Assembly (NCBI GenBank): GCA_030447445.1
Contig: JAUJOW010000005.1
Coordinates: 96,053-160,052 of the forward strand
Origin: Acidimicrobiales bacterium
GTDB lineage: Bacteria; Actinomycetota; Acidimicrobiia; Acidimicrobiales; Iamiaceae
Length of the DNA: 64,000 nucleotides
Direction: 5' to 3'
The notes under the pieces were generated by a model. It searched no databases and had not been told where the DNA came from. It saw only the letters and a list, made by a program, of their open reading frames with translations. Below, in pieces: positions 48,519-58,500 of the stretch. The position numbers and the translations under genes are program-made. Position 1 is the first letter of the stretch, and every line of letters begins with the position of its first letter.

Positions 48519-48607
48519 GAGGGCTCCCACCCTCGGATTCCGAGGGCTCGGGCCCTCGCGTGGTCAGTGCGCCGGATCGGAGGGCTCCCACCCTCGGGTT
48601 CCGAGGG
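48519..48607. repeat. Two direct copies of a 28-nt hairpin-containing element (REP-like) in the 5' region of the second carboxyltransferase gene
   Basis: Copy 1 is GAGGGCTCCCACCCTCGGATTCCGAGGG (48519-48546). Copy 2 is GAGGGCTCCCACCCTCGGGTTCCGAGGG (48580-48607). They differ at one position. Each holds a CCCTCGG-N3-CCGAGGG hairpin. Confidence 0.8.
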
Positions 48608-48640
48608 TCACGTGCCATCGCCGCCCGGCAAGATGCAGAG

Positions 48641-50197
48641 ATGAGCGGTGACAAGGGGTGGGAGCCGGAGCTGGCCGAGCTGCGCCGCCGGGAGGAGATG
48701 GCCCGGCGGATGGGCGGCCCGGACAAGGTCGAGCGCCAGCACCTCGCCGGCAAGCTCACCGTCCGGGAGCGGATCGATGCCCTCGCCGATCCGGGGTCGT
48801 TCCACGAGATCGGGGCCATCGCCGGCCGGGCCACCTACGAGGGCGGCCAGCTCGTCGACCTCACGCCGACCAACTTCGTCATGGGCCGCGCCCGCATCGA
48901 TGGGCGCACGGTCGTGCTCGGTGGGGACGACTTCACCGTGCGGGGCGGGGCCGCCGACGCCGCCATCTGGCAGAAGCAGGTGTACGCCGAGCAGATGGCC
49001 AGGGAGCTCGGCCTGCCCATGGTGCGGCTGGTCGACGGCACGGGCGGCGGGGGCAGTGTCAAGAGCCTCGACCAGATGGGCCGGACCTACATCCCGATGA
49101 ACCCGGGCTGGGAGCATGTCGTCGCCAACCTGGCCACGGTCCCGGTGGTGGCCCTCGCCCTCGGGTCGGTGGCCGGCCTCGGAGCCGCCCGGGTGGTGAC
49201 CAGCCACTACTCCTTGATGGTGGGGCCGACATCGCAGGTGTTCGTGGCCGGCCCACCGGTCGTGGCCCGAACCGGTGAGGAGGTGACCAAGGAGGACCTG
49301 GGCGGTAGCGCCATCCACGGCCGCAATGGCACCGTCGACGACGTCGTCGCCTCTGAGGACGAGGCGTTCGCCTGCACGAGGCGCTTCTTGTCCTACCTGC
49401 CCTCGAGCGTCGACGACATCCCCCCTCGCCTGCCCACCGACGATCGGCCCGATCGCCGCGAGGACTGGTTGGTCAGAGCCATCCCCCGCGAGGAGCGCAA
49501 GGTGTACCGGGTCCGACCCGTGATCGAAGCGGTGGTGGACACCGGCTCGTGGTTCGAGATCGGCCGTGGCTGGGGGCGCTCGGCGGTTACCGGCCTCGCT
49601 CGCCTCGACGGCTGGCCCGTCGCCGTCCTGGCCAGCGACCCCTACCACTACGGCGGCGGCTGGACGGCCGACGCCTCCGACAAGGTCACCCGCCTCGTCG
49701 ACCTGGCCGACACGTTCCACCTGCCGGTCGTGCACCTCGTCGACCAACCCGGCTTCGTCATCGGGACGGCGGCCGAGCGAGCCTCCACCATCCGCCACGG
49801 CGCCCGCGCCCTGGCCGCCGTCTACCAGGCCGAGGTGCCGTTCTGCGCCGTGATCCTCCGGCGGGCCTACGGCGTGGCCGGCGCCGCCCACACCAACGCG
49901 TCCCGCTTGCTGTACCGCTACGCCTGGCCGTCGGGCGACTGGGGCAGCCTGCCGATGGCCGGCGGCATCGAGGCCGCCTTCCGGGCCCAGCTCGCCGCCG
50001 CCGATGACCCCGACGCCCTGCGCCGGGAGATCCAGGCCCGCATGGACGCCGTGCGCAGCCCCTTCCGGACCGCCGAAGCCTTCCTGGCCGAGGAGATCAT
50101 CGACCCCCGCGACACCCGCCCGTTGCTGTGCGAGTTCGCCGGCCTGGCCGCCGCCCGCCGCCGGCCGGGGCCGACGGCCCGGCCGTTGCGCCCCTGA
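48641..50197 (+). CDS. Acyl-CoA carboxylase carboxyltransferase (beta) subunit, divergent paralogue
   Basis: ATG 48641 gives MSGDKGWEPELAELRRREEMARRMGGPDKVERQH... Contains RIDALADPGSF and DQPGFVIGTAAE. Confidence 0.85.
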   Translation: MSGDKGWEPELAELRRREEMARRMGGPDKVERQHLAGKLTVRERIDALADPGSFHEIGAIAGRATYEGGQLVDLTPTNFVMGRARIDGRTVVLGGDDFTVRGGAADAAIWQKQVYAEQMARELGLPMVRLVDGTGGGGSVKSLDQMGRTYIPMNPGWEHVVANLATVPVVALALGSVAGLGAARVVTSHYSLMVGPTSQVFVAGPPVVARTGEEVTKEDLGGSAIHGRNGTVDDVVASEDEAFACTRRFLSYLPSSVDDIPPRLPTDDRPDRREDWLVRAIPREERKVYRVRPVIEAVVDTGSWFEIGRGWGRSAVTGLARLDGWPVAVLASDPYHYGGGWTADASDKVTRLVDLADTFHLPVVHLVDQPGFVIGTAAERASTIRHGARALAAVYQAEVPFCAVILRRAYGVAGAAHTNASRLLYRYAWPSGDWGSLPMAGGIEAAFRAQLAAADDPDALRREIQARMDAVRSPFRTAEAFLAEEIIDPRDTRPLLCEFAGLAAARRRPGPTARPLRP

Positions 50198-50279
50198 CCG
50201 GAGGAGGCCGGCAGCGGGCTGCCTAGACTGCTCCATCCCCCCGATGGCGTCTCCGCGGATGGGTCCGACGAGGTTGGGC

Positions 50280-52406
50280 ATGCACCCCGATCTGCAAGCC
50301 GAGCAGGCCTACATCGACTTCGCGTACGAGTGCCTGGACCAGGCTCGCGCCCGGGCCGGCCAGCTCCAGACCATGGTCGAGGTCGGCCGGGGCGGTACCG
50401 AGCAGGCCCGCTTCGAGCGTGACGTCATCTGGGACACGATCGTGCACCGGCTGGCCCAGCTCCACCTCGGCGACGCCTCCCTGTGCTTCGGGCGCATCGA
50501 CCGCGAGCCCGACGGCGACGGCACCGGCGACGGGGAGTCGTTCCACATCGGGCGCATCGCCGTGGCCGACGCCAACCAGGAGCCGGTTGTGGTCGACTGG
50601 CGGGCCCCGGTGGCCGAGCCCTTCTACCGGGCCACCGGGCGCTCCCCGATGGGCCTGGCCCGTCGCCGTCACTTCGCCAGCCGGGGTCGGACGCTGCTCG
50701 ACATCGAGGACGAGCTGTTCGGCGAGAGGGCCCTCGGCATCGCCCTCGACGGGGACGGCGACGGCGCCGGCGACGGCGCGAGAGGCGGGACCGGCATCTC
50801 GGGCTACGGCGCGCTCATCACGGCGCTGGAGACCTCCCGCTCGGGCCGGCTCGGCGACATCGTCGCCACCATCCAGGGCGAGCAGGACGAGATCATCCGG
50901 GCCCCGCTGCCGGGGGTGCTCGTCGTCCAGGGCGGCCCGGGCACGGGCAAGACGGTCGTCGCCCTCCACCGCGCCGCCTACCTGCTCTACACCCACCGCT
51001 TCCCGCTCGAGGACCAGGGCGTCCTCGTCGTCGGCCCCAACCGGCTGTTCCTCGCCTACATCGAACAGGTGCTGCCCTCGCTCGGTGAGGCCGGCGTCGA
51101 GCTGGCCGTCCTCGCCGACCTCGTCGACTCGGTGCGGGTGCGGGGCAGCGACCGCCCCGCCGTGGCCCGGGTCAAGGGTGACGAGCGCATGGCTCGGGTG
51201 ATCGCCCGGGCGGTTCGGGACCGGGAACGCGGCCTGCGCGGCGACGTCCGGGTGCCCCACGGGCTGCAGCACCTGGTGGTCCCGGCCGAGCGCACCCAGC
51301 GCATCGTGGTCGACGCCCGGCGACGGTTCCGGGTCCACAACGCCGGCCGCCGCTTCGTCGAGGCCGCCGTCTACGACGCGCTGGCGGCCAGCAGCCGCAC
51401 GCCGATGAGCGCCGAGGAGGCGCGCACCCGGCTGCGGAGCAGCGTCGAGGTGCGGAGCGCGCTCGAGCGCATGTGGCCGGTGCTCACCCCGGCCGAGCTC
51501 CTCCACGACCTCTTCGGGTCGCGGGCGCTGCTGCGCTCGGCCGGGCGCGGGGGGCTCGACGACGAGGCGGTGGACGCCCTGCACCGGCCGAGGCTCGACG
51601 CCGCCGACCAGGTGGTGTGGACCACCGACGACGTGCCCCTCCTCGACGAGGCCCGAGCGGTGCTCGGTCCCACCCCGCGGGCCCGCCGCCATGGTGATGA
51701 CGACGAGGTGCGCACCTACGGCCACATCGTCGTCGACGAGGCCCAGGACCTCTCCCCGATGCAGCTCCGGATGCTCAACCGTCGCTCCCTCGGTGGGTCG
51801 ATGACGGTGGTGGGCGACATCGCCCAGTCCACCGGCGCATGGGCCCACGCCGACTGGGACGAGGTGCTGGCCTTCCTCCCCGATCGCAAGCCGTCCCGGC
51901 GGGCCGAGCTGACGGTGGGCTACCGCATCCCGGCTCCCAACATGGCGCTCGCCGCCCGGGCCTTGGCCGCCGCCGCTCCCGACGTGTCACCCCCTCGGTC
52001 GATCCGCAGGGACGGCCGGCCCCCGCGCATGGCCCGGGTCCCCGACGGTGGCGAGCTGGGTGCGACCGTGGCGGCGGCGGTGATCGACGAGCTCGACCGG
52101 GTGGGGACCGGGAACCTGGCCGTCATCTGCCCGGCGTCGCTGGTGGACCTCGTCAGCGCCGCCCTCGACACCGCCGAGGTGGCCCACGGGGCGGCCCTCC
52201 AGCAGGGGCTCGACAACCAGGTGACGGTCGTGCCGGTGGGGATGGTGAAGGGCCTCGAGCTCGACGCCACCGTCGTGGTCGAGCCCGCCGTGATCCTCGA
52301 AGAGGAGGCCCAGGGAGCCCGCGCCCTCTATGTCGCCCTCACCCGGGCCACCAAGCTCCTCACCGTGGTCCACACCGGCCCGCTCCCGGAGATCCTCGCC
52401 GAGTGA
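50280..52406 (+). CDS. helD: HelD-type UvrD-family helicase, copy 2
   Basis: ATG 50280 gives MHPDLQAEQAYIDFAYECL, parallel to the copy 1 N-terminus. DWRAPVAEPFYRAT, VQGGPGTGKT and VDEAQD are present. Upstream in-frame ATGs at 50244 and 50259 are possible. Confidence 0.85.
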   Translation: MHPDLQAEQAYIDFAYECLDQARARAGQLQTMVEVGRGGTEQARFERDVIWDTIVHRLAQLHLGDASLCFGRIDREPDGDGTGDGESFHIGRIAVADANQEPVVVDWRAPVAEPFYRATGRSPMGLARRRHFASRGRTLLDIEDELFGERALGIALDGDGDGAGDGARGGTGISGYGALITALETSRSGRLGDIVATIQGEQDEIIRAPLPGVLVVQGGPGTGKTVVALHRAAYLLYTHRFPLEDQGVLVVGPNRLFLAYIEQVLPSLGEAGVELAVLADLVDSVRVRGSDRPAVARVKGDERMARVIARAVRDRERGLRGDVRVPHGLQHLVVPAERTQRIVVDARRRFRVHNAGRRFVEAAVYDALAASSRTPMSAEEARTRLRSSVEVRSALERMWPVLTPAELLHDLFGSRALLRSAGRGGLDDEAVDALHRPRLDAADQVVWTTDDVPLLDEARAVLGPTPRARRHGDDDEVRTYGHIVVDEAQDLSPMQLRMLNRRSLGGSMTVVGDIAQSTGAWAHADWDEVLAFLPDRKPSRRAELTVGYRIPAPNMALAARALAAAAPDVSPPRSIRRDGRPPRMARVPDGGELGATVAAAVIDELDRVGTGNLAVICPASLVDLVSAALDTAEVAHGAALQQGLDNQVTVVPVGMVKGLELDATVVVEPAVILEEEAQGARALYVALTRATKLLTVVHTGPLPEILAE

Positions 52407-52443
52407 GGACCTGAGCGTCCCAGGGCGCGCAGTCCGGCTCCGT

Positions 52444-53226
52444 CTAGAGCGTTCCGCCGCCGTCGACGACGAGGGCTTGGCCGGTCATGTAGCTCGAAGC
52501 CGGGCTGGCCAGGTAGGCGACGGCGGCGTCGAGCTCGTGCGGGAGCCCGATGCGACGCAGTGGCACCGCCGCCTCGAAGGTGGCGCGCAGCTCGTCGGAG
52601 TCGACGACCTCGGCGGTCATCTCACTCGGGAACATCCCCGGGCACAGCGCGTTGACCCGAACGCCGTAGCGGGCCCATTGCAGGGCCAGCTCCCGGGTGA
52701 GGCCCACCAGACCGGTCTTGGCCGCCGTGTAGCTGGCCTGGGGCAGCAGCGGCGTCGACCGGATCGCCGCCGCCGAGGCCACGTTGACGATGCTGCCGCC
52801 CCGACCGGCCTCGCGCATGTGCCGGGCGGCGGCCTGGGCCAGCTCGAAGGGGGCCACCAGGTCGACGTGGACGACCTCGGCGAAGCGGTCGACGCCTTCT
52901 CGCAGGGCCGGGACGGTCTCGGTGATCCCGGCGTTGGCCACCACGACATCGACCCGGCCGTGGCGCTCGACCGTCGCGTCCACCAACGCCGCCGACGCGC
53001 CCTGCTCGCTGACGTCGCACGGGATGGCGTCACCGCGCTCGAGCGATCCGGCCAGAGCGGCGATCCTGTCGGTCCGGCGGGCCGAGACCACCACCGTGGC
53101 GCCGAGACGGTCGAGGACGCGCGCAAGCCGTGATCCGATGCCCGAGCTGGCTCCGGTCACGACGGCGATGGTCCCATCGAGCCTGAACGGTGCGAGCGGA
53201 TCGACGGCGTCGGTCGGATCGTCCAC
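52444..53226 (-). CDS. SDR family oxidoreductase (FabG-like)
   Basis: TGASSGIGSRLA cofactor motif, NAG, and YTAAK (YxxxK). Confidence 0.9.
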   Translation of the reverse strand: MDDPTDAVDPLAPFRLDGTIAVVTGASSGIGSRLARVLDRLGATVVVSARRTDRIAALAGSLERGDAIPCDVSEQGASAALVDATVERHGRVDVVVANAGITETVPALREGVDRFAEVVHVDLVAPFELAQAAARHMREAGRGGSIVNVASAAAIRSTPLLPQASYTAAKTGLVGLTRELALQWARYGVRVNALCPGMFPSEMTAEVVDSDELRATFEAAVPLRRIGLPHELDAAVAYLASPASSYMTGQALVVDGGGTL

Positions 53227-53277
53227 GGCCGGACTCTAGGGAGGATCTCGGCATGGCGACGGACCCGCGCCGTGAGA

Positions 53278-54501
53278 TCAGGCGACGTCGAACGCCAGTG
53301 GCAGCGTGGTCGGGCCGGAGATGCCCGTGTTGAGCCGCCAGGTCGGCTCTCCATCGAGGCGCAGGTCGGGCAGCCGGCGGGGCAGGGTCGTGAGCGCCTC
53401 CTCCATCTCGGCCCGGGCCAGGCTGGCGCCCAGGCAGTAGTGCGGTCCGCCTCCGAACGTGAGGTGGGCCTCGCGCTCGGCGGTGATGTCGAAGTCGAGC
53501 GGGTCGTCGAACACCGCCTCGTCGCGGTTCGAGGACGCGAGCGACAGCATCACGAGGGTGCCGCTCGGGATCAGCCACCCGCCGACCTCGAGGTCCTCGA
53601 GGGCGACACGGGGGACAGCCCGCACGGCGCCGACGAGGCGCATCACCTCGTCGACGGCGCGTGGCACCGAGGCCGGTTCGGCGGCCAACCGGGCCCACTG
53701 GTCCGGGTGTCGGCAGAAGGCGACCAGGGCCTGTCCGAGCTGGTTGCGGGTCGTGTCGTAGCCGGCGAACAGCAAGCCGCCGATCATCGAGAAGAGCTCC
53801 AGGTTGCTGAGCCGATCCCCGTCCTCGGCCGCCTGGACCAGGCTGGTCACGAGGTCGTCGCGGGGGTTGGCCCGCCGATCGGCGACGAGGTGATCGACGT
53901 ACGCACCGAGCGCCTCGGAGGCGGCCTCGACCTCGGCCCGGTGGGCACCGAGCTCGAGGGACAGGGCGTAGGTCAGGGCATCACCCCAGCGAGCGAAGTC
54001 GTCGTGGTCCTCACGGGGCACACCCAGGACCTCACAGATCACCTGGACCGGGTAGTGGTCGGCGAAGTCGGCGACGAACTCGCACCTCCCGCGCTCGGCG
54101 AAGCCGTCGACCAGCTCGTCGACCAGCGCCCGCATGGCTGGCCGGTGCCGGTCGGCGGCCCGAGGGGTGAACGAGCGGCTGACGAGACGTCGCACTCGGG
54201 TGTGCTCGGGACCGTCGATGGCGATCACCGACGAGGCCAGCATGTCGTGGAGGTTCCCTTCCGTGACTCCCTGGGCCCGCACGAGGTGGGGGAGCGAGCT
54301 GATCAGTCTCGGGTCACCGAGCAGTTGGTGCACCTCCTGCCGCCGGATGACGGCGACGCCGATCGGGGTGCGGGCGACGGCCGTCCGGCGCCGGAGGTCG
54401 GCGTAGACCGGCTCCGGGTCGGCCTCCACGGCCGGGTCGAACCGGTCCAGGAAGGGTGCGTCGTCCAGGGCCCGGGCGGAGATGGCGTCGGCGCGTTCCA
54501 T
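53278..54501 (-). CDS. Cytochrome P450
   Basis: FGGGPHYCLGASLAR heme-thiolate loop, EVMRL (ExxR) and AGYDTT I-helix. Confidence 0.9.
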   Translation of the reverse strand: MERADAISARALDDAPFLDRFDPAVEADPEPVYADLRRRTAVARTPIGVAVIRRQEVHQLLGDPRLISSLPHLVRAQGVTEGNLHDMLASSVIAIDGPEHTRVRRLVSRSFTPRAADRHRPAMRALVDELVDGFAERGRCEFVADFADHYPVQVICEVLGVPREDHDDFARWGDALTYALSLELGAHRAEVEAASEALGAYVDHLVADRRANPRDDLVTSLVQAAEDGDRLSNLELFSMIGGLLFAGYDTTRNQLGQALVAFCRHPDQWARLAAEPASVPRAVDEVMRLVGAVRAVPRVALEDLEVGGWLIPSGTLVMLSLASSNRDEAVFDDPLDFDITAEREAHLTFGGGPHYCLGASLARAEMEEALTTLPRRLPDLRLDGEPTWRLNTGISGPTTLPLAFDVA

Positions 54502-54558
54502 GTCGGCAGCGTACGGCGGGGGCCGACGGCACGAGCCTGCTCGCTACCCTCCGTCTCG

Positions 54559-55680
54559 ATGTCAGAACCGGCCGCCGTCGAGGTCATCGACGTCTCAAAG
54601 CGCTTCGGCACCACCCATGTGCTGCGGTCGGTGTCGCTGCCGGTGGCGGCCGGGACCATCGTCTCCCTGCTCGGGCCGAGCGGGTGCGGCAAGACCACCC
54701 TGCTGCGCACCATCGCCGGGCTCGAGCGCCCCGAGGCGGGGGAGGTGCGGGTCGACGGTCGGGTCCTCACCTCGTCCACCACCTGGGTACCGCCCGAGCG
54801 CCGCCGCATCGGCATGGTGTTCCAGGACTGGGCCCTGTTCCCGCACCTCACCGTGGCCGCCAACGTCGGCTACGGGTTGCCCCGGAGGGCGCCGGCCGCC
54901 GATGTCGACGCCGTCCTGGCCATGGTCGGGCTGGACGGCCTCGGCGACCGCATGCCGTCCACCCTGTCGGGCGGCCAGCAGCAGCGGGTGGCGTTGGCCA
55001 GGGCGCTCGCTCCCCGACCGGCGGTGCTCCTGCTCGACGAGCCGTTCTCGAACCTCGACACCGCCCTGCGGGTACAGGTCCGGGCCGAGGTCCACCAGCT
55101 CCTCACCCGGCTGGGGGTCACCGCCGTCTTCGTCACCCACGACCAGGCCGAGGCCTTCGTGCTGGGCGACGAGGTGGCGGTGATGGCCGGCGGGGCGATC
55201 GTCCAGCAGGCGGCCCCGGCCGTGCTCTACGAGCGCCCGGCCACCCCGTGGGTGGCCCAGTTCGTGGGCGATGCCAACCTGATCGAAGGACGAGGCGAAG
55301 GTCGGCGGGCGGCGACGGTGTGCGGGCCGGTCCCGTTGCTCGACGAGGCCCACGGGGTGGTGACCGTGCTGGCTCGGCCCGAGGAGCTGGTGGTGGCCGA
55401 CGTCGACGCCGGCACCGTCGAGCTCGTCGAGTACTACGGCCACGACACCGTCTACGCCGTCGACCTCGACGCCGGCCCCAGCGTGCGGGCCAGGGCCGGG
55501 TCCGCCCCCCGCTGGCGGAGGGGTGACCGGGTGACCGTGGCCCACTCGGGCCGCCCGGCGGTGGCCTGGCCGGCCGACGCCGCTGGGTCGGCTGACACCC
55601 TCGCCGGCTCGGCCAGCACTGCTTCGAGGGGGGACACCACGGTCTCCGGCTCCCCGGATGCGCCCACGCCCGTCCCATGA
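54559..55680 (+). CDS. ABC transporter ATP-binding protein, Fe(III)/polyamine importer type (FbpC/PotA-like)
   Basis: ATG 54559. GPSGCGKTT, LSGGQQQRVALARAL, LLLDEPFSNLD, and a C-terminal TOBE-like region. Confidence 0.85.
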   Translation: MSEPAAVEVIDVSKRFGTTHVLRSVSLPVAAGTIVSLLGPSGCGKTTLLRTIAGLERPEAGEVRVDGRVLTSSTTWVPPERRRIGMVFQDWALFPHLTVAANVGYGLPRRAPAADVDAVLAMVGLDGLGDRMPSTLSGGQQQRVALARALAPRPAVLLLDEPFSNLDTALRVQVRAEVHQLLTRLGVTAVFVTHDQAEAFVLGDEVAVMAGGAIVQQAAPAVLYERPATPWVAQFVGDANLIEGRGEGRRAATVCGPVPLLDEAHGVVTVLARPEELVVADVDAGTVELVEYYGHDTVYAVDLDAGPSVRARAGSAPRWRRGDRVTVAHSGRPAVAWPADAAGSADTLAGSASTASRGDTTVSGSPDAPTPVP

Positions 55681-57095
55681 CCCGGCCGCCTCCGGGGCCG
55701 GCTCGGCTGGCCGTGGTGGGAGCCGGCCCCGCCGGCCTCGTCGCCGCCTGGCGGGCGGCCAGCGCCGGTCACGAGGTGACCGTCCTGGAAGCGGCCGGCA
55801 CCGTGGGGGGCATGGCCGGCAGCTTCGAGGTGGCCGGCCTGCGGGTCGACCACGGGAGCCACCGCCTGCACCCCTCCACCCCGCCGCACCTGCTCGACGC
55901 CCTCCGAGGGCTGCTCGGCGACGACCTCCAGGTCCGACCCCGCAACGGCCGAATCCGCCTCCAGGGGCGCTGGATCGCCTTCCCGCTCCGCGCCACCGAC
56001 CTCCTCGGTCGCCTTCCCCGGTCGTTCGCCGCCCGGGCAGCGGTGGATGCGGTCGTCGGCCCGCTTCGCCGGCCTCGGGCCGACACCTTCGCCGAGGTCG
56101 TCCGGGCCGGCCTCGGGCCCGCCGTGGCCTCGGCCTTCTACGAGCCCTACGCCCGCAAGCTCTGGGGGATCGACGCCCGCGAGCTGTCCGGCGAGCTGGC
56201 CCGCAAGCGGGTCAGCGCGTCCTCACCGGCGGCCGTGGTGCGCCGCCTGGTGCGGGGAGCCACGCCGGACGGGCGTACGTTCCTCTACCCCCGGCGTGGG
56301 TTCGGCCAGATCGCCGACCGCCTGGCCGAGGCGGCGGTGGCCGCCGGGGCCGATGTCCGCCTCGACAGCCGGGTCGAGCGCATCACCCTCCCGGCCGGGG
56401 GGGACGACGGCCCCGTCACCGTCGAGCTGGGGGCCTCCGCACCTCCGATCTCCGTCGACCGGGTGTGGTCCACCGCGCCCGTTGGTGCTCTGGCCGGCAT
56501 CATCGATCCCTCGGCCCCACCCGAGGTCCGCACCGCCGCCGGCCGGCTCACCCACCGGGCCCTGGTGCTCGTCTACCTGGTGCTCGACCAACCGCGCTTC
56601 ACGCCGTTCGACGCCCACTACTTCCCCGGCGCCGACGTGGCCCTGGCCCGGCTGTCCGAGCCCCGCAACTACCGCGACAGCGCCGACGACCCGGCCGACC
56701 GCACCGTGCTCTGCGCCGAGGTGCCCTGCACGGTGGGCGACGCCACCTGGACGGCGTCACTCGACGACCTCGGCGCCGCCGTGGCCGACGACCTGGCCGC
56801 CAGCGGCCTGCCCCGAGTGCACCCGGTGGCCACCGAGGTCCGTCGCCTGCCGCGGGTGTACCCGGTGTACCGGAGCGGGTTCGCCTGGGACCTGTCGGTG
56901 GTCGACCTCTGGGCGAGCGACCAAGGCCGGTTGCTCACCTTCGGCCGTCAGGGTCTGTTCGTACCCGACAACACCCACCATGCCCTGGCCATGGGGTGGG
57001 AGGCGGCCGCCGCCCTCGCCCCCGACGGGACCTTCGACCACGCCGCCTGGGCCCGAGCCCGCACGGGCTTCCGATCCTTTGTCGTCGAGGATTAG
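55677..57095 (+). CDS. FAD-dependent oxidoreductase (amine oxidase / protoporphyrinogen oxidase / UDP-galactopyranose-mutase-like fold)
   Basis: ATGA overlap with the ABC ATPase. Dinucleotide motif VVGAGPAGLVAAWRAASAGHEVTVLEA...GG. YEPYARKLWG is reminiscent of Glf-like enzymes. Specific function not determinable. Confidence 0.65.
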   Translation: MTRPPPGPARLAVVGAGPAGLVAAWRAASAGHEVTVLEAAGTVGGMAGSFEVAGLRVDHGSHRLHPSTPPHLLDALRGLLGDDLQVRPRNGRIRLQGRWIAFPLRATDLLGRLPRSFAARAAVDAVVGPLRRPRADTFAEVVRAGLGPAVASAFYEPYARKLWGIDARELSGELARKRVSASSPAAVVRRLVRGATPDGRTFLYPRRGFGQIADRLAEAAVAAGADVRLDSRVERITLPAGGDDGPVTVELGASAPPISVDRVWSTAPVGALAGIIDPSAPPEVRTAAGRLTHRALVLVYLVLDQPRFTPFDAHYFPGADVALARLSEPRNYRDSADDPADRTVLCAEVPCTVGDATWTASLDDLGAAVADDLAASGLPRVHPVATEVRRLPRVYPVYRSGFAWDLSVVDLWASDQGRLLTFGRQGLFVPDNTHHALAMGWEAAAALAPDGTFDHAAWARARTGFRSFVVED

Positions 57096-57295
57096 AGGCC
57101 GAGCCGATAGGCGAGGCCTTGGCCCGAGCGGCCCGACGGCCGAAGGCCGCCAAGAGCGGACAGGCACGGTGCCCTTGCTCTTCTCGGCGCCGTAGGCGAC
57201 GAGAATCCGCCACGCGGACGCCTATACGCGCAGTCCCTTACTTTCGTCGGCAAGGATGGATGACACGTCGGCGCTGACGCCGGGAGGAGGAGGCC

Positions 57296-57691
57296 ATGTC
57301 TGGCCTCGCGATCATCACCGAAGCCTGTATCGATGTGAAGGATCGGGCCTGTGTCGATGTCTGCCCGGTGCAGTGCATCTACGAGTTCGATCCCGAGAAG
57401 AACGTGCTGTTCTCCGAGGACGAGGCCGGCAGCGGGGCGATCGAGAACACCCATGCGCCGAATCCGGACGCGGTCGTCATCTTCGGTGACACGTTGCTGT
57501 ACGTGAACCTCGAGGAGTGCACCTCCTGCACCGCGTGCTACCAACCAGACGTCTGCCCCGTGGGGGCGATCTACTCCGAGGAACAGGTCCCGGACGGTGT
57601 CACGGCGACGTCGTACAACTCGGAGGACCCGAACAAGGGTCACGACCACACGTTCTTCATCCAGCTCAGCCGCGACGTCTTCGCCGACTAG
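57296..57691 (+). CDS. Ferredoxin (7Fe-type Cys pattern) with internal insertion
   Basis: AGGAGGAGG Shine-Dalgarno sequence. CIDVKDRACVDVCP (Cx7Cx3CP) and CTSCTACYQPDVCP. About 35 aa lie between the motifs. Lower G+C (35 of 60 in the line starting at 57361). Confidence 0.8.
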   Translation: MSGLAIITEACIDVKDRACVDVCPVQCIYEFDPEKNVLFSEDEAGSGAIENTHAPNPDAVVIFGDTLLYVNLEECTSCTACYQPDVCPVGAIYSEEQVPDGVTATSYNSEDPNKGHDHTFFIQLSRDVFAD

Positions 57692-58500
57692 CCCGGCGGC
57701 ACGAGTCGCCCGGCGGGCTGAGTGTGTCGGGGCGTCGCAGCCAGGGTGGCGGGTGGGGTCGGTGGACGGGCACGGTCAGCAGCGGGGACCCCAGCGTCGC
57801 GCCGGAGGCGCCACACCGCCGGACCGACGTGGCGGAGGTAGGGGAGGAGCCGGATGAACGACCGGCCCTCGGTGCGGAACCGGTAGGAGATGGGCACCTC
57901 GGCGTAGCGGAAGCCCTTGGCCACGAGGTCGAGGGTGAGCACCTGGGCGTAGTTGTAGTCATGGGCCACCTCGGCAGCGGCGGCGGCGGCGCCCGAGAGC
58001 GCCCGGTAGCCGCTCTGGCCGTCGGTCACCCCGAGCCCGGTCAGCCTCCGCACGGCCAGGGTCAGCAGCCGGTTGCCGACCAACCGCTGCGGACGCATCC
58101 GCCGGGCTCGCCGGTCGCCCGCGAAGCGGGAGCCGACGACGTAGTCGGCCTCGTCGGCGAGGATTGGGGCGACCAGCCGGTCGAGCTCCTCGGGGGCGTA
58201 CTCGCCGTCGGCGTCGCAGAAGGCCACGGCCACGGCGCCGAGGCCGACACCGAGGGCCAGCCCGTGGCGCACCGCTGCGCCGAGGCCCTGGTTGGCACCG
58301 AAGCGCTCCACCCTGGCGCCGGCGGCCGCCGCCCGCTCGGCCGTGGCGTCAGAGGAGCCGTCGTCGACCACCATCGCCACCACCGGGTGACCGCTCACCT
58401 CGTCGGGCATGCGGGACACCACGTCGGCCACCGTCGCCTCTTCGTCGTAGGCCGGGAGGAAGAAGGCCACCGGCGGACGAGAGGCGACGAGGAGATCCAT
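57688..58500 (-). CDS. GT2 glycosyltransferase, polyprenyl-phosphate sugar synthase-like (Ppm1/DPM1/PpgS type)
   Basis: ATG 58500 gives MDLLVASRPPVAFFLPAYDEEATV... Contains VVDDGSSDAT, CDADGEY (DxD) and GQSGYRAL. Confidence 0.8.
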   Translation of the reverse strand: MDLLVASRPPVAFFLPAYDEEATVADVVSRMPDEVSGHPVVAMVVDDGSSDATAERAAAAGARVERFGANQGLGAAVRHGLALGVGLGAVAVAFCDADGEYAPEELDRLVAPILADEADYVVGSRFAGDRRARRMRPQRLVGNRLLTLAVRRLTGLGVTDGQSGYRALSGAAAAAAEVAHDYNYAQVLTLDLVAKGFRYAEVPISYRFRTEGRSFIRLLPYLRHVGPAVWRLRRDAGVPAADRARPPTPPATLAATPRHTQPAGRLVPPG

